From assembly GCA_013696395.1 (NCBI GenBank), contig JACCYQ010000044.1, positions 620 to 64,619 on the forward strand: a stretch of 64,000 bases of DNA. Direction: 5' to 3'. How positions within the stretch are numbered: the first letter of the stretch is position 1; the number at the start of each line of letters is the position of its first letter. The stretch is from Chitinophagaceae bacterium. Its GTDB lineage: Bacteria > Bacteroidota > Bacteroidia > Chitinophagales > Chitinophagaceae. Under the pieces are notes generated by a model. That model did no database searches. It saw nothing but the letters and a program-made list of their open reading frames with translations, and was not told the DNA's origin. Made by a program: the position numbers and the translations under genes. Positions 37,301 to 46,177 of this stretch are shown here, one piece after another.

Positions 37301-40300
37301 TTCGGAGGATGTGTTGCGTGATGGTAAAAGATTGTATGAAAATGGTTTACCAGCTCCCCAGTTTACCAGCCCCGTAGATACAAATACTGTTTGGGGCAAG
37401 GTTCCCTTAAATCCATTGCAGGTTACCAATGCATTCAGCAACGATCCGGGTGACCGGCCTTTCCAGGATGTCGGTTTCGATGGTTTAACGGATGAAGAAG
37501 AGGCTGTTAAATTCGCACAATACCTGCGCAACCTGGAAATGACTTTTGGAGCCAATTCAACCATTTACCAACAAGCATTGAATGATCCCGCGGGAGATAA
37601 TTTTTTACCTTACCGCGATGAATTTTATGATCAGCAAAATGCAGGTATCCTTCGCCGGTATAAAGACATTAATAATCCACATGGTAATTCACCTTTAGCC
37701 GGGGAAAACGATCAATTTACCAATGCTTACACCATGTATCCCGACCAGGAAGAACTGAACCGGGATAATACTATGAACGAAGTGGAAGAGTATTTTGAAT
37801 ATAAAGTAGACCTGGTTCCGAATATGCAAACCGGAACTAATTTTATTACGGATGTGCGGGAAGTAAATGTTAACCTGGCAAATAATACTACCCGATTAGA
37901 AAAATGGTATCTGTTTCGGATACCGATTGCTCAATACAATCAGAAAGTTGGAAATATACCTGATTTTAAATCCATTCGTTTCATTCGCATGTTTTTAACG
38001 GATTTTGAAGATACTGTTGTTGCCCGTTTTGGAAAATTGGAACTGGTGCGAAACCAATGGCGGAAATTTAATTATGACATAGATACTACTGGTAATTATA
38101 AAACTTTGCCGCCAAATGATCCAGCTGCTTTAAATGTACTGGCTGTTAACCTGGAAGAAAATGATCAACGTGATCCGATCATTTATGTTCAACCTCCGGG
38201 AATTGAACGTCAGCAGCAATTGAGCAATAATAATATTCAGTTATTGCAGAATGAGCAGTCCCTGAGTTTGAAAATTTGTGACCTGCCAAAAGATGAAAGT
38301 CGGGGTGTGTTTAAAACATTTAATCTGGATCTTCGGCAGTATGGAAAACTTTCTATGTTTATTCATGCTGAATCCGTAAGAGGTTATACCCAATTGGATG
38401 ATGGAGACCTTAATGCTATTATCAGGATCGGAAGTGATTTTGTAAGTAACTATTACGAAATAAAAATCCCTTTAAAGATCACCCGGTTTGGTGCCACCGA
38501 TTCACTTGAAATATGGCCCGAAGAAAATAACCTGGATTTAGCATTGAATGAATTGACCCGGTTAAAATCCAGGCGAAACCAGGGTGGCGTTTCGCCATCC
38601 AGGTATTATAGTGAATTAAGGCCTGATGGAAGAACTTTTGCTATACTTGGTAATCCTAATTTGGGAGAAGTAAGAGGGATGTTGATGGCTGTTCAAAATG
38701 CCAAAAAGGAATTTATATGCACAGAAACCTGGTTTAATGAATTGCGACTTTCCCAATTAGATGAAGAGGGTGGATATGCAGCTTTGGGTCGTGTTGATAT
38801 TTCACTGGCGGATTTGGGAAATCTGAGTTTGTCGGGCAGCGTTCGCAGCAGCGGCTTTGGAACATTAGAGCAACGGGTTAATGAAAGAAGCCGCGAAGAT
38901 TTTAACCAGATTGATCTTGCCACAAATCTAGACCTTGGCAAGTTATTACCGAGAGAAGCTGGTATTATAATTCCTGTATATGCAGGTATAAGTCGTACGA
39001 CCAGTACGCCGGAATATGATCCTTATGACCTGGACATCAAATTGAAAGAGAAACTCAATGATGCTGCCGCTGATAAAAAAGATTCTATCCGCGATGATGC
39101 GGTAGATGTCATGACTATCAAGACGGTTAATTTTACCAATGTAAAAAAGATCAAAACAAATAATAAACCTGCAAAAATCTGGGATGTATCGAACGTGGAT
39201 TTCAGTTATTCGCATACGGTTTCGGAACGCCATAATCCTTTGATTGAAAGCGAAGAGATCAAACGTACCAGGGGTGCAGTGGGATATACATTTGCTCCGC
39301 AGCCGAAAGTAATTGAACCTTTTAAAAATCTGATCAAAACAAATTCAAAATGGCTGGCTTTGATCAAAGATTTCAATTTTAATTATTCGCCTGCATTATT
39401 ATCATTCAAAGCAGATGTGTTCAGGCAATTTGGAGCATTCAGGCCACGTAATGTTGGTGGTGATGATAATTATAAAATACCTGAAACCTATGATAAATAT
39501 TTCACGTTCGACAGGTTTTATACCATGCGATGGAATCTGACAAGGTCCATTACATTAGATTATAATGCAGTGAACAATGCACGGATCGATGAACCATTTG
39601 GAAGGATTGATACCAAAGAAAAAAAGGATTCCATTCGGGAGAATTTATTTAAAGGAGGAAGGAATACGCATTTCCACCAGGACATTGGCGTTAGTTATAA
39701 CCTGCCCATGCAAAAAATTCCTTTCCTTGATTGGACTTCTATCAGGGCAAGTTATGTAGCCACGTACGATTGGGTAGGCGCATCATTACTGGCAAAAGGT
39801 TTAGGAAATACTTTATTGAATGGAAATACAAAAAACATTACGGCTGATTTCAATTTTGACCAGCTTTATAATAAGTGGAATTTATTAAGATCATTAAATA
39901 GTACCGGCCCGGTAAACAAGTTGCCAAAAGATACTTCAACCGTAAAAAGACCAAGAAATCCTAACGAGCCGATGCAAATTTCCGGAGTACCTAAATTCTT
40001 TGGTCGCATTTTAACTTCAGTAAAAAGGATTGGTATTCAGTATACCGAAGATTTGGGAACATTATTACCGGGTTATCTTGACAGTACAAAATTTTTAGGA
40101 CAGAATTTTAACAGTAGTGCGCCAGGATTCGATTTTATTCTCGGTTATCAACCTGATACAAACTGGATCAATAATGCAGGTGCCAAAGGATTATTGACCC
40201 GTGATCCTTTGTTTAATTCATTAATTCAACAAAGATTTAATCAACGGTTGAATATAACAGCACAGCTAAGTCCTATCCGCGATTTGAATATTGATCTTAA

Positions 40301-41414
40301 CCTGGATAAAACATACGATAAACAATACAGTGAATTGTTTAAAGACACATCGGGCACGGCTGGTTTGAAAAGATATAATCCATTTGCCACCGGAAGTTTC
40401 AGTATGAGTTATATCTCCTATCATACCATGTTCACAAAGTTTGATCCGAATGAGGTTTCAGAAACCTTTAAAAAGTTTGAAGCAAACCGGGTTGTATTAT
40501 CTGAAAGATTAAGTAATCAAAATCCATATCCCGGTAATGATGCAAAAGATCCTACGGACCCTGATTATTATATTGGATATGGACGTTATGCACAGGATGT
40601 ATTGATTCCGGCTTTTATTGCCGCATACACGGATAAAGATCCATTAGATGTTGGGTTGCTGAAGAATTCAAATCCTGATTTGAAATCAAATCCATTCTCA
40701 GCGTATATTCCTAAACCTAACTGGAATATTTCTTACAGTGGTTTAAGCAGAATTCCAGGTCTGGATAAAATATTTACAAACTTTACCATCCGCCATGGGT
40801 ACAATAGTACACTGAGCATGAATAGTTTTAATACGGGCCTGTTATTCCAGGATCCCTTCAGGGTAGGATATCCCTCTTTCCGTGATACACTAACGGGGAA
40901 CTATATCCCATATTTCCTGATTCCTAATATCACGATCAGTGAAGCATTTACGCCGATGATAGAGGTGGATATGACTTTTACCAATCAATTGTCAACACGA
41001 TTTGAGTTTCGTAAATCAAGGCAGTTGAGTATGAGCCTTATTGATTACCAGCTTGCTGAAAATCGTTCCACAGAATATACTGTTGGAATGAATTGGCGTA
41101 AAAGAGGCCTGCCAATTCTGCGTAATATTTCTATAGGTAAAAAAGGCTTGAAACTGGATAACGACGTTACGTTCCGTTTTGATTTTTCGCTGCGCGATGA
41201 TGCAACCGCCAACAGTAAGCTGGATCAAAGAACAGCTTTTGGAACAGCAGGACAGAAAGTGATCCGGATTGCTCCTTCCATTGATTATGTTTTTAACAGC
41301 CGTGTTAACATCAAATTGTTCTTTGAGCAGAACCGAGTAATTCCAAAGATCAGTTCTTCATTCCCAGTTACCAATACAAGAGCAGGTATGCAGATCAGGG
41401 TGGCGTTGAATTAA
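34311..41414 (+). CDS. sprA: T9SS translocon / cell-surface protein SprA
   Basis: The protein is about 2370 aa. The N-terminal pattern YPIYDRYGDPYTY...FNLKD...IEYDP..KEYYFMEKIG.RYYR matches what I remember of SprA, and the size is unique to this family in Bacteroidota. I moved the start to ATG 34311, which gives a signal-like MLVITSILTLGLFTYAHG. The ORF-track start 34263 is a TTG. Confidence 0.85.
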   Translation: MLVITSILTLGLFTYAHGRNTNGVAGGFNPFFYIDTIPYPIYDRYGDPYTYPNRNSFNLKDSAFIKRNIEYDPVTKEYYFMEKIGSRYYRTPMTFSMNEFLELKGRQDEVEYFRQRAGLLSDLNRRLYKPKFSFRDDWVNRIMGVGKVEIKPNGYVDIMAGYQGQNIKNPTLPERARKNGGFDFNMNSQLQVDANIGDKLKLPINYNTLANFDFENQLKLDYRGRDDEILKLFQAGNVSFANKGTLIPGAQSLFGIKTQLQFGKLFVTGILANQRSQRQSLGLQGGTATQDFSLRSDEYEENRHFLVAQYFRHRYNKAMSTLPVVQSNVQILKTEVWVTNRTGATTDTRDIVAFMDLGEGFPFNNNWTGSGDSLPRNGANDLYQTLLNTPDSRNSTQVQRIMTSLGMQPVQDFEKTFARKLQPTDYYINERIGFVSLNQPLQPDEVLGIAFQYTYNGKVFQVGEFSQDVPPDSTGNAQKVLFLKLLKATSQRPNLPIWDLMMKNVYSVGFGQLERQDFQLNVLYEEPSLGEKRYLPLDSVLPQYKGIPLINLLNLDRLNNQNDPQPDGVFDYIEGYTVIPSLSRVIFPVLEPFGRDLEYVFPNQQIRDRFIYYPLYDTIKAIAQTFANLNRYKIEGRSRSATSGDYQLGFNIPPGSVTVTAGGQVLRENIDYEINYDLGSMRIINQAIINAGLPVQVQYENNATFGLQQRNYMGLRLDYLANRNLTVGGTVVRLGERPFFTKTTYGDDPIRNTMVGMDLDYRNEIPRLTKWLDKLPFYTTKVPSAINAYAEAAWLIPGHAPQIGKGGEGLSYIDDFEGTRSSIDLRFPLISWTMASTPQKNGLFPEADLINDLAYGFNRAKLAWYNIEPVLQERRNVNNPLRNDPNELSKPETRQVLQQEIFPKRTNDFGQGLLTTFDLAYYPREKGPYNFESRSNRIDGNGRLLNPKQAWAGIMRHIDQTDFETSNIEFIEFWVQDPFINKPFSSGGSLYFNLGNISEDVLRDGKRLYENGLPAPQFTSPVDTNTVWGKVPLNPLQVTNAFSNDPGDRPFQDVGFDGLTDEEEAVKFAQYLRNLEMTFGANSTIYQQALNDPAGDNFLPYRDEFYDQQNAGILRRYKDINNPHGNSPLAGENDQFTNAYTMYPDQEELNRDNTMNEVEEYFEYKVDLVPNMQTGTNFITDVREVNVNLANNTTRLEKWYLFRIPIAQYNQKVGNIPDFKSIRFIRMFLTDFEDTVVARFGKLELVRNQWRKFNYDIDTTGNYKTLPPNDPAALNVLAVNLEENDQRDPIIYVQPPGIERQQQLSNNNIQLLQNEQSLSLKICDLPKDESRGVFKTFNLDLRQYGKLSMFIHAESVRGYTQLDDGDLNAIIRIGSDFVSNYYEIKIPLKITRFGATDSLEIWPEENNLDLALNELTRLKSRRNQGGVSPSRYYSELRPDGRTFAILGNPNLGEVRGMLMAVQNAKKEFICTETWFNELRLSQLDEEGGYAALGRVDISLADLGNLSLSGSVRSSGFGTLEQRVNERSREDFNQIDLATNLDLGKLLPREAGIIIPVYAGISRTTSTPEYDPYDLDIKLKEKLNDAAADKKDSIRDDAVDVMTIKTVNFTNVKKIKTNNKPAKIWDVSNVDFSYSHTVSERHNPLIESEEIKRTRGAVGYTFAPQPKVIEPFKNLIKTNSKWLALIKDFNFNYSPALLSFKADVFRQFGAFRPRNVGGDDNYKIPETYDKYFTFDRFYTMRWNLTRSITLDYNAVNNARIDEPFGRIDTKEKKDSIRENLFKGGRNTHFHQDIGVSYNLPMQKIPFLDWTSIRASYVATYDWVGASLLAKGLGNTLLNGNTKNITADFNFDQLYNKWNLLRSLNSTGPVNKLPKDTSTVKRPRNPNEPMQISGVPKFFGRILTSVKRIGIQYTEDLGTLLPGYLDSTKFLGQNFNSSAPGFDFILGYQPDTNWINNAGAKGLLTRDPLFNSLIQQRFNQRLNITAQLSPIRDLNIDLNLDKTYDKQYSELFKDTSGTAGLKRYNPFATGSFSMSYISYHTMFTKFDPNEVSETFKKFEANRVVLSERLSNQNPYPGNDAKDPTDPDYYIGYGRYAQDVLIPAFIAAYTDKDPLDVGLLKNSNPDLKSNPFSAYIPKPNWNISYSGLSRIPGLDKIFTNFTIRHGYNSTLSMNSFNTGLLFQDPFRVGYPSFRDTLTGNYIPYFLIPNITISEAFTPMIEVDMTFTNQLSTRFEFRKSRQLSMSLIDYQLAENRSTEYTVGMNWRKRGLPILRNISIGKKGLKLDNDVTFRFDFSLRDDATANSKLDQRTAFGTAGQKVIRIAPSIDYVFNSRVNIKLFFEQNRVIPKISSSFPVTNTRAGMQIRVALN

Positions 41415-41513
41415 TCAAATTCACTTCAACAGAGATTTAAAATGTTACATGATTATTAATTATTCACGTAACCTATTTTTATTTATGGTAGTCAGAGATT
41501 GGAAACATGCATT

Positions 41514-41822
41514 ATGCAGTCTTCGCTTTACTATTTCATTAATCTGCTTCTCTTTCTTGTAAATGCTTTATTCCTGAATGCTCAGCAAGATAAATTTATA
41601 CAACTGGGTACTATTCATGATGTGCATGTTTTATACAGTTACCAGAAATCAAACTGGGATGGCAGCAATGCATCCCAGGTATTCCTGTATATAAAAGATA
41701 CCAACCGGATGGAATCTTTTAAATGGAGTGAAGGTAATGAATGGGCTACGCTTGTTTCTGCTGGTTTTAACTGGAATGAATTATGGCATCACCTGAAGAA
41801 TGGGAGAAATTTATTCTTATAA
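41514..41822 (+). CDS. small secreted hypothetical protein
   Basis: A signal-like N-terminus MQSSLYYFINLLLFLVNALFLNAQQ is present. Length is 102 aa. I do not recognise a family. Confidence 0.4.
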   Translation: MQSSLYYFINLLLFLVNALFLNAQQDKFIQLGTIHDVHVLYSYQKSNWDGSNASQVFLYIKDTNRMESFKWSEGNEWATLVSAGFNWNELWHHLKNGRNLFL

Positions 41823-41925
41823 AAATGATTATTAAATTTTAACGATGTAATGGTAATAAAGCTGTGAGACAAATAAAAAAAGCACTCACGAATGAATGCT
41901 TAAAACTTTATGATAAGTGAATCAT

Positions 41926-42417
41926 TTATTTTGTGGAATGATTTTCCTCTTTATTTTTTCTGAATAACATCACATAACCGCAAAGGTCTTTTTTCTTCTT
42001 CTTATTTACCTGTACGGGTTTCATCATATGAAACTCCGTTTGCCTTGGTATGTAAGAGTAATTGATGATGTTACCATCTATATCGCCCCATTGTTTTTTT
42101 TGATAAATAACCATTTTTTCATCATAGTCATACATTCTTACTTCGTATAACTTGCTGGTATATTCGCCAATGAAAACAAACTCGTACCAACTTCCCTGGG
42201 TAAGTTGCATCACCACTGGCATCTCGTATTCGCTTTCCATACTGATGGATGCTTCCCTTAATAAAGAAAATCCTTTTTCAGTATAAAGGCTTTTAAGGCT
42301 GTCTACCTGTGAATCAATGAAAGGATTACTGCATGATTGCTGTCGGATAACTGACTGTGAAAATACCGATGATACAGCAGTGAAAAAAATGGTGAGAATA
42401 AGTAGGGTGATTTTCAT
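41926..42417 (-). CDS. secreted hypothetical protein
   Basis: The signal peptide is MKITLLILTIFFTAVSSVFSQ (start moved to ATG 42417). Length is 163 aa. I do not recognise a family. Confidence 0.5.
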   Translation of the reverse strand: MKITLLILTIFFTAVSSVFSQSVIRQQSCSNPFIDSQVDSLKSLYTEKGFSLLREASISMESEYEMPVVMQLTQGSWYEFVFIGEYTSKLYEVRMYDYDEKMVIYQKKQWGDIDGNIINYSYIPRQTEFHMMKPVQVNKKKKKDLCGYVMLFRKNKEENHSTK

Positions 42418-42644
42418 ATTTGGATTTATACGGTATTGGGTTAACGAGATAAATATAGAAACAAATATGGGCTGATGAAAGTTAATCGAAGGATTTTTTT
42501 GCAATTAAGTATATTTTCTTAGGGCTAATACTTAGCAAACAAAAGACCTGTTTTAGTAGATAAAATGTTAAGTTCTTCTGTAACTCAATAGGAGCAAATC
42601 ATGTAATAAATTATAATTATTTGTATTTAGTATACAGGTAATTA

Positions 42645-43406
42645 TTAAGCATCTTTTACCAGGTAAATTGAATTTGCTTGTTGCGTAGCGGTAACAACTA
42701 GATCGTTTATGCAAACGTGCGAAGGTAGCGTAGTACAGTAATAAATAATATCTGCAACATCTTCTGCAGTTAAAGGTTTGTAGCCTTCATAAACATTTTT
42801 TACTGTGGCCTCATCTCCCTTAAAACGAACCATTGAAAATTCTGTTTCCGCAGCACCGGGATGTATGGCAGTGACTTTTATATTATGTCTTAACAGATCT
42901 ATTCTCATTCCTTTACTAATTGAATCAACCGCGGCTTTTGTTGCACAATAAACATTTCCTTTTTCATACACATCCTTTGCTGCTGTTGAACCAATGTTGA
43001 TGATGTGACCTTGCTTGTAAGGGGTCATAAACGGAAGTGCTGCTTTTGTAACATAGAGCAATCCTTTCAGGTTTGTATCGATCATAGTTTCCCAATCAGC
43101 CAGTTCTGCTTCATCTGTATAATGACGGCCTAAAGCAAGTCCTGCATTGTTCACCAGTACATCAATCTTCTGCCATTCAGTGGGTAAAGATTTAAATGCA
43201 TCAAAAACTTCTTTCTGCACTTGCACATCAAAGGGCAAAACATACACCTCCGTATTATATTTATTCTCCAGTGATTCTTTTATCTGTTTTAAGCGTTCCT
43301 CTCTTCTGCCATTCAAAATAAGATGATAACCATTGGCAGCAAATTTCTCAGCTGTTGCTTTTCCAAATCCTGCGGTTGCACCACTAATGAATATGATCTC
43401 TGGCAT
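42645..43406 (-). CDS. SDR-family NAD(P)-dependent oxidoreductase (YdfG-like)
   Basis: The cofactor motif SGATAGFG, NNAG and the catalytic YCATKAAV (Y-x3-K) are present. Confidence 0.9.
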   Translation of the reverse strand: MPEIIFISGATAGFGKATAEKFAANGYHLILNGRREERLKQIKESLENKYNTEVYVLPFDVQVQKEVFDAFKSLPTEWQKIDVLVNNAGLALGRHYTDEAELADWETMIDTNLKGLLYVTKAALPFMTPYKQGHIINIGSTAAKDVYEKGNVYCATKAAVDSISKGMRIDLLRHNIKVTAIHPGAAETEFSMVRFKGDEATVKNVYEGYKPLTAEDVADIIYYCTTLPSHVCINDLVVTATQQANSIYLVKDA

Positions 43407-43469
43407 GTGGAATTACAATTGGTTTAAAATTACAAATTGATTATTATAAATTAAAGGGAGAGTATAACG

Positions 43470-46079
43470 TTAACGAATAAGTGTAACCATGCCTTTTTTA
43501 AAGAAGGGTCTGTCAAGATAATCTGTTCCTTGTACAATCCAGACAAAGGAGTTAGTTCCTTGTTCATTGCCTTTGATTCTTCCGTCCCATCCCTGCCCGG
43601 ATACAGTTGTGCTGAATATCATTTGGCCCCAACGGTTATATACGCGGAAGAAATCAAAGCTTTTCATTCCTACAGCAATTGGTCTGAAAAGATCATTCCT
43701 TCCATCCCCATTTGGTGTAAACGCTGTAGGTACAAAAACCTGGGGTTCCACATTGTAAATTTTGACGGAAATGAATGCAGTTTCTGTGCAACCTGCCAGG
43801 TTTGATATGGAAACCTGGTAGCGGATACTGTCAAAACTGCCGTCATATATTCCAATTGGATTTGGAATAGTAGGATCATTTAATCCTGTGCCAGGCTGCC
43901 ATGTGTACGTCACTCCCCCTATTGCATTAAATTGTAAAGGTTGGCCAATAACTACAGCGGTATCATTTCCTGCAAAAGCACCCATAGGAGGAAGCACTGT
44001 TATTACAACGGTATCATAACCAGGTTTTGGACAACCCTGTGTGTCAAAAGCAGCTAAAACATAATTTGTTGTACTAGGCGGCGTTGATATAGGATTTAAA
44101 ATGTTTGGATTATCTAAGGTGCCCCCCGGCGTCCAGGTAAAAGAAGTTCCATTAGCGCTTCCATTTAGTTGAGCGCTAGATTCATAACATATTAGGGTAT
44201 CAGGTCCTGCGTTAGCAATGGGATATGGAACCAGCGTAACCAAAACTTCATCCGCTGCATTGCAGCCCCCGATTGTGGAAATTATCTGGTAATTGGTAGT
44301 ATTGACAGGTATAGCTACCGGATTTAAAATATTCGGATCATTCAAAGTGCCATTACCAGTCCACATAAATTGTAAACCATTCGTAACAGCATTTAGTTGG
44401 ACAGCATCTCCTGAGCATATGAGGGTATCTGGCATGGCAACCAGGGTTACAAAATCGACTACGTTTACATTTACCGAATCAAAATTGATACATCCATTAT
44501 CATTTAATTGGACATTATATTTTGTTGTGTTGGCAGGATTCACGGTTGGCGTTGCTGTATTTGCATTTGTAATTGTAATGCCAGGTGTCCAGCTAAAAAC
44601 ACCATTTCCTATTGCTTCCAATTGTAAAATGTCTCCGGCACAAATTAAAGTATCTGAAAATGCTACGCTTAAAGGGGGTCTGTCTATTATTGCTACCGGT
44701 TTAATAATAGTATCAATACATCCTTTTGTACTTGTTGCAATTAAACGGATATTTTTTGTACCCATAGATGGATAAGTGAATGCAGGATTTTGCAAATCTG
44801 AAACATCATTGTTAACGGAACTTTCGCCAAAATCCCAATTCCATGAATCAACGATGCCATAGTCCGCTGTAGTATTATCAGTAAATTGGGTAGGCTTGGT
44901 TACACAAATGCCGGAAGCGGTAAAATCCGGGAAAAAGCCGGGATATACTTTAGCAATGGTGATCGCTTCGTCTTCACAACCTAAACCTTTGTTTACAACA
45001 ACCTTTACATTATAAGTTCCCGTATCAGCATATGTATGTGAAGGATTTTTTTCGGTAGAAGTCTGGCCATCACCAAAATCCCACAAAAATGTTTTAATTA
45101 TTGGATTAGGGTTATTGGTATTAAAATCTATATTGAAACCATCACAGGAAATATATGAAGGTTCCAATTGAGGTGTAATAGGACTACATGTTCCGACCCT
45201 GATATGTAATTCTTTTCGGGTAGTGGCAATTAAAACGCCATTTCGAAATTCATTTACACAAACTGTTATTACAAACTCACCAGATCCGGAAATATTGGGT
45301 GCAATACCGCTTATTAAGCCAGTTTGCGAATTAATTGTTACATTTTGTCCCAATGGATTAGAACCATTAAAGGGAAACAGGTATGGCAAAGTTTGATAGG
45401 GTGGGGAAGATGCTAATTGGGGACTTGGATTAGTTTGATCACCTCCTACCCAGGCGTCACAAAAAGAATAGGTTAAAACGTCATTGTCAGCATCTGTTGC
45501 AACGAAAGGAATTGTAAAGTAACTGTTTCGACAAACTACTGCTAAGTCATTAATCTCGAATGTGGCGCTGTTATTAGTTTGCGCATTATGTGGTGCTGAT
45601 GATCCGGGAATTGTTATAGAATATGTATTTCCTATAGAACTGGAATTCTGTATATTTTCCACACCCGGTATTCTACAGCAACGTTGGTAGGAGATAGTAT
45701 AACCCTCAGCATTTGAGGGAAGATCAATAGTCTTTGTATATTTCACTATCGTATAATAACAACCGGTTTGGTCACCTGTAATGCATTCGTCATCAACAGG
45801 CTGGTTCAATTCATAAGTCTGGGTAATAGTAACTTTTTCGTTCCTGTACTGAATGTTGGAGCCGGCGTTGAAAATTGTAAAATCTATTTCCTGATTTAAT
45901 TGACCTGGCTGTGGAAAACATTCCATGTAAACTGTTAATGTAACTTCGTATTTTAAACTCCCGGATGTAGATCCTGCACCTAAATATTTATAGGTAAAAA
46001 ATCCCCCTTTAATGTGGTTAGCAATAGCTAAATTCAATACTCCAAAAATCAGAAAGCAGGCTATAATAATTTTTTTCAT
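43470..46079 (-). CDS. T9SS type-B C-terminal-domain cargo protein with PKD domains (paralog A)
   Basis: After the signal peptide comes an N-terminal domain (HIKGGFFTY...CCR...). Two PKD-like units follow (WDFGDGQTS..NPSHTY), then four repeats of about 85 aa (DTLIC.GD..QL.A.....F.WTP). The C-terminal VPTAFTPNGDGRNDLFRP...GWDG is the gliding-motility-associated CTD. Confidence 0.85.
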   Translation of the reverse strand: MKKIIIACFLIFGVLNLAIANHIKGGFFTYKYLGAGSTSGSLKYEVTLTVYMECFPQPGQLNQEIDFTIFNAGSNIQYRNEKVTITQTYELNQPVDDECITGDQTGCYYTIVKYTKTIDLPSNAEGYTISYQRCCRIPGVENIQNSSSIGNTYSITIPGSSAPHNAQTNNSATFEINDLAVVCRNSYFTIPFVATDADNDVLTYSFCDAWVGGDQTNPSPQLASSPPYQTLPYLFPFNGSNPLGQNVTINSQTGLISGIAPNISGSGEFVITVCVNEFRNGVLIATTRKELHIRVGTCSPITPQLEPSYISCDGFNIDFNTNNPNPIIKTFLWDFGDGQTSTEKNPSHTYADTGTYNVKVVVNKGLGCEDEAITIAKVYPGFFPDFTASGICVTKPTQFTDNTTADYGIVDSWNWDFGESSVNNDVSDLQNPAFTYPSMGTKNIRLIATSTKGCIDTIIKPVAIIDRPPLSVAFSDTLICAGDILQLEAIGNGVFSWTPGITITNANTATPTVNPANTTKYNVQLNDNGCINFDSVNVNVVDFVTLVAMPDTLICSGDAVQLNAVTNGLQFMWTGNGTLNDPNILNPVAIPVNTTNYQIISTIGGCNAADEVLVTLVPYPIANAGPDTLICYESSAQLNGSANGTSFTWTPGGTLDNPNILNPISTPPSTTNYVLAAFDTQGCPKPGYDTVVITVLPPMGAFAGNDTAVVIGQPLQFNAIGGVTYTWQPGTGLNDPTIPNPIGIYDGSFDSIRYQVSISNLAGCTETAFISVKIYNVEPQVFVPTAFTPNGDGRNDLFRPIAVGMKSFDFFRVYNRWGQMIFSTTVSGQGWDGRIKGNEQGTNSFVWIVQGTDYLDRPFFKKGMVTLIR

Positions 46080-46177
46080 GGAATGCGGTTGGCATCAGAT
46101 ACAGCGGGTTAAGCAGTAGTTTTGACTGTAAAAAAGTAATTTAAACTGAAAAATACAAATTTTTAGACTTTATGAAA

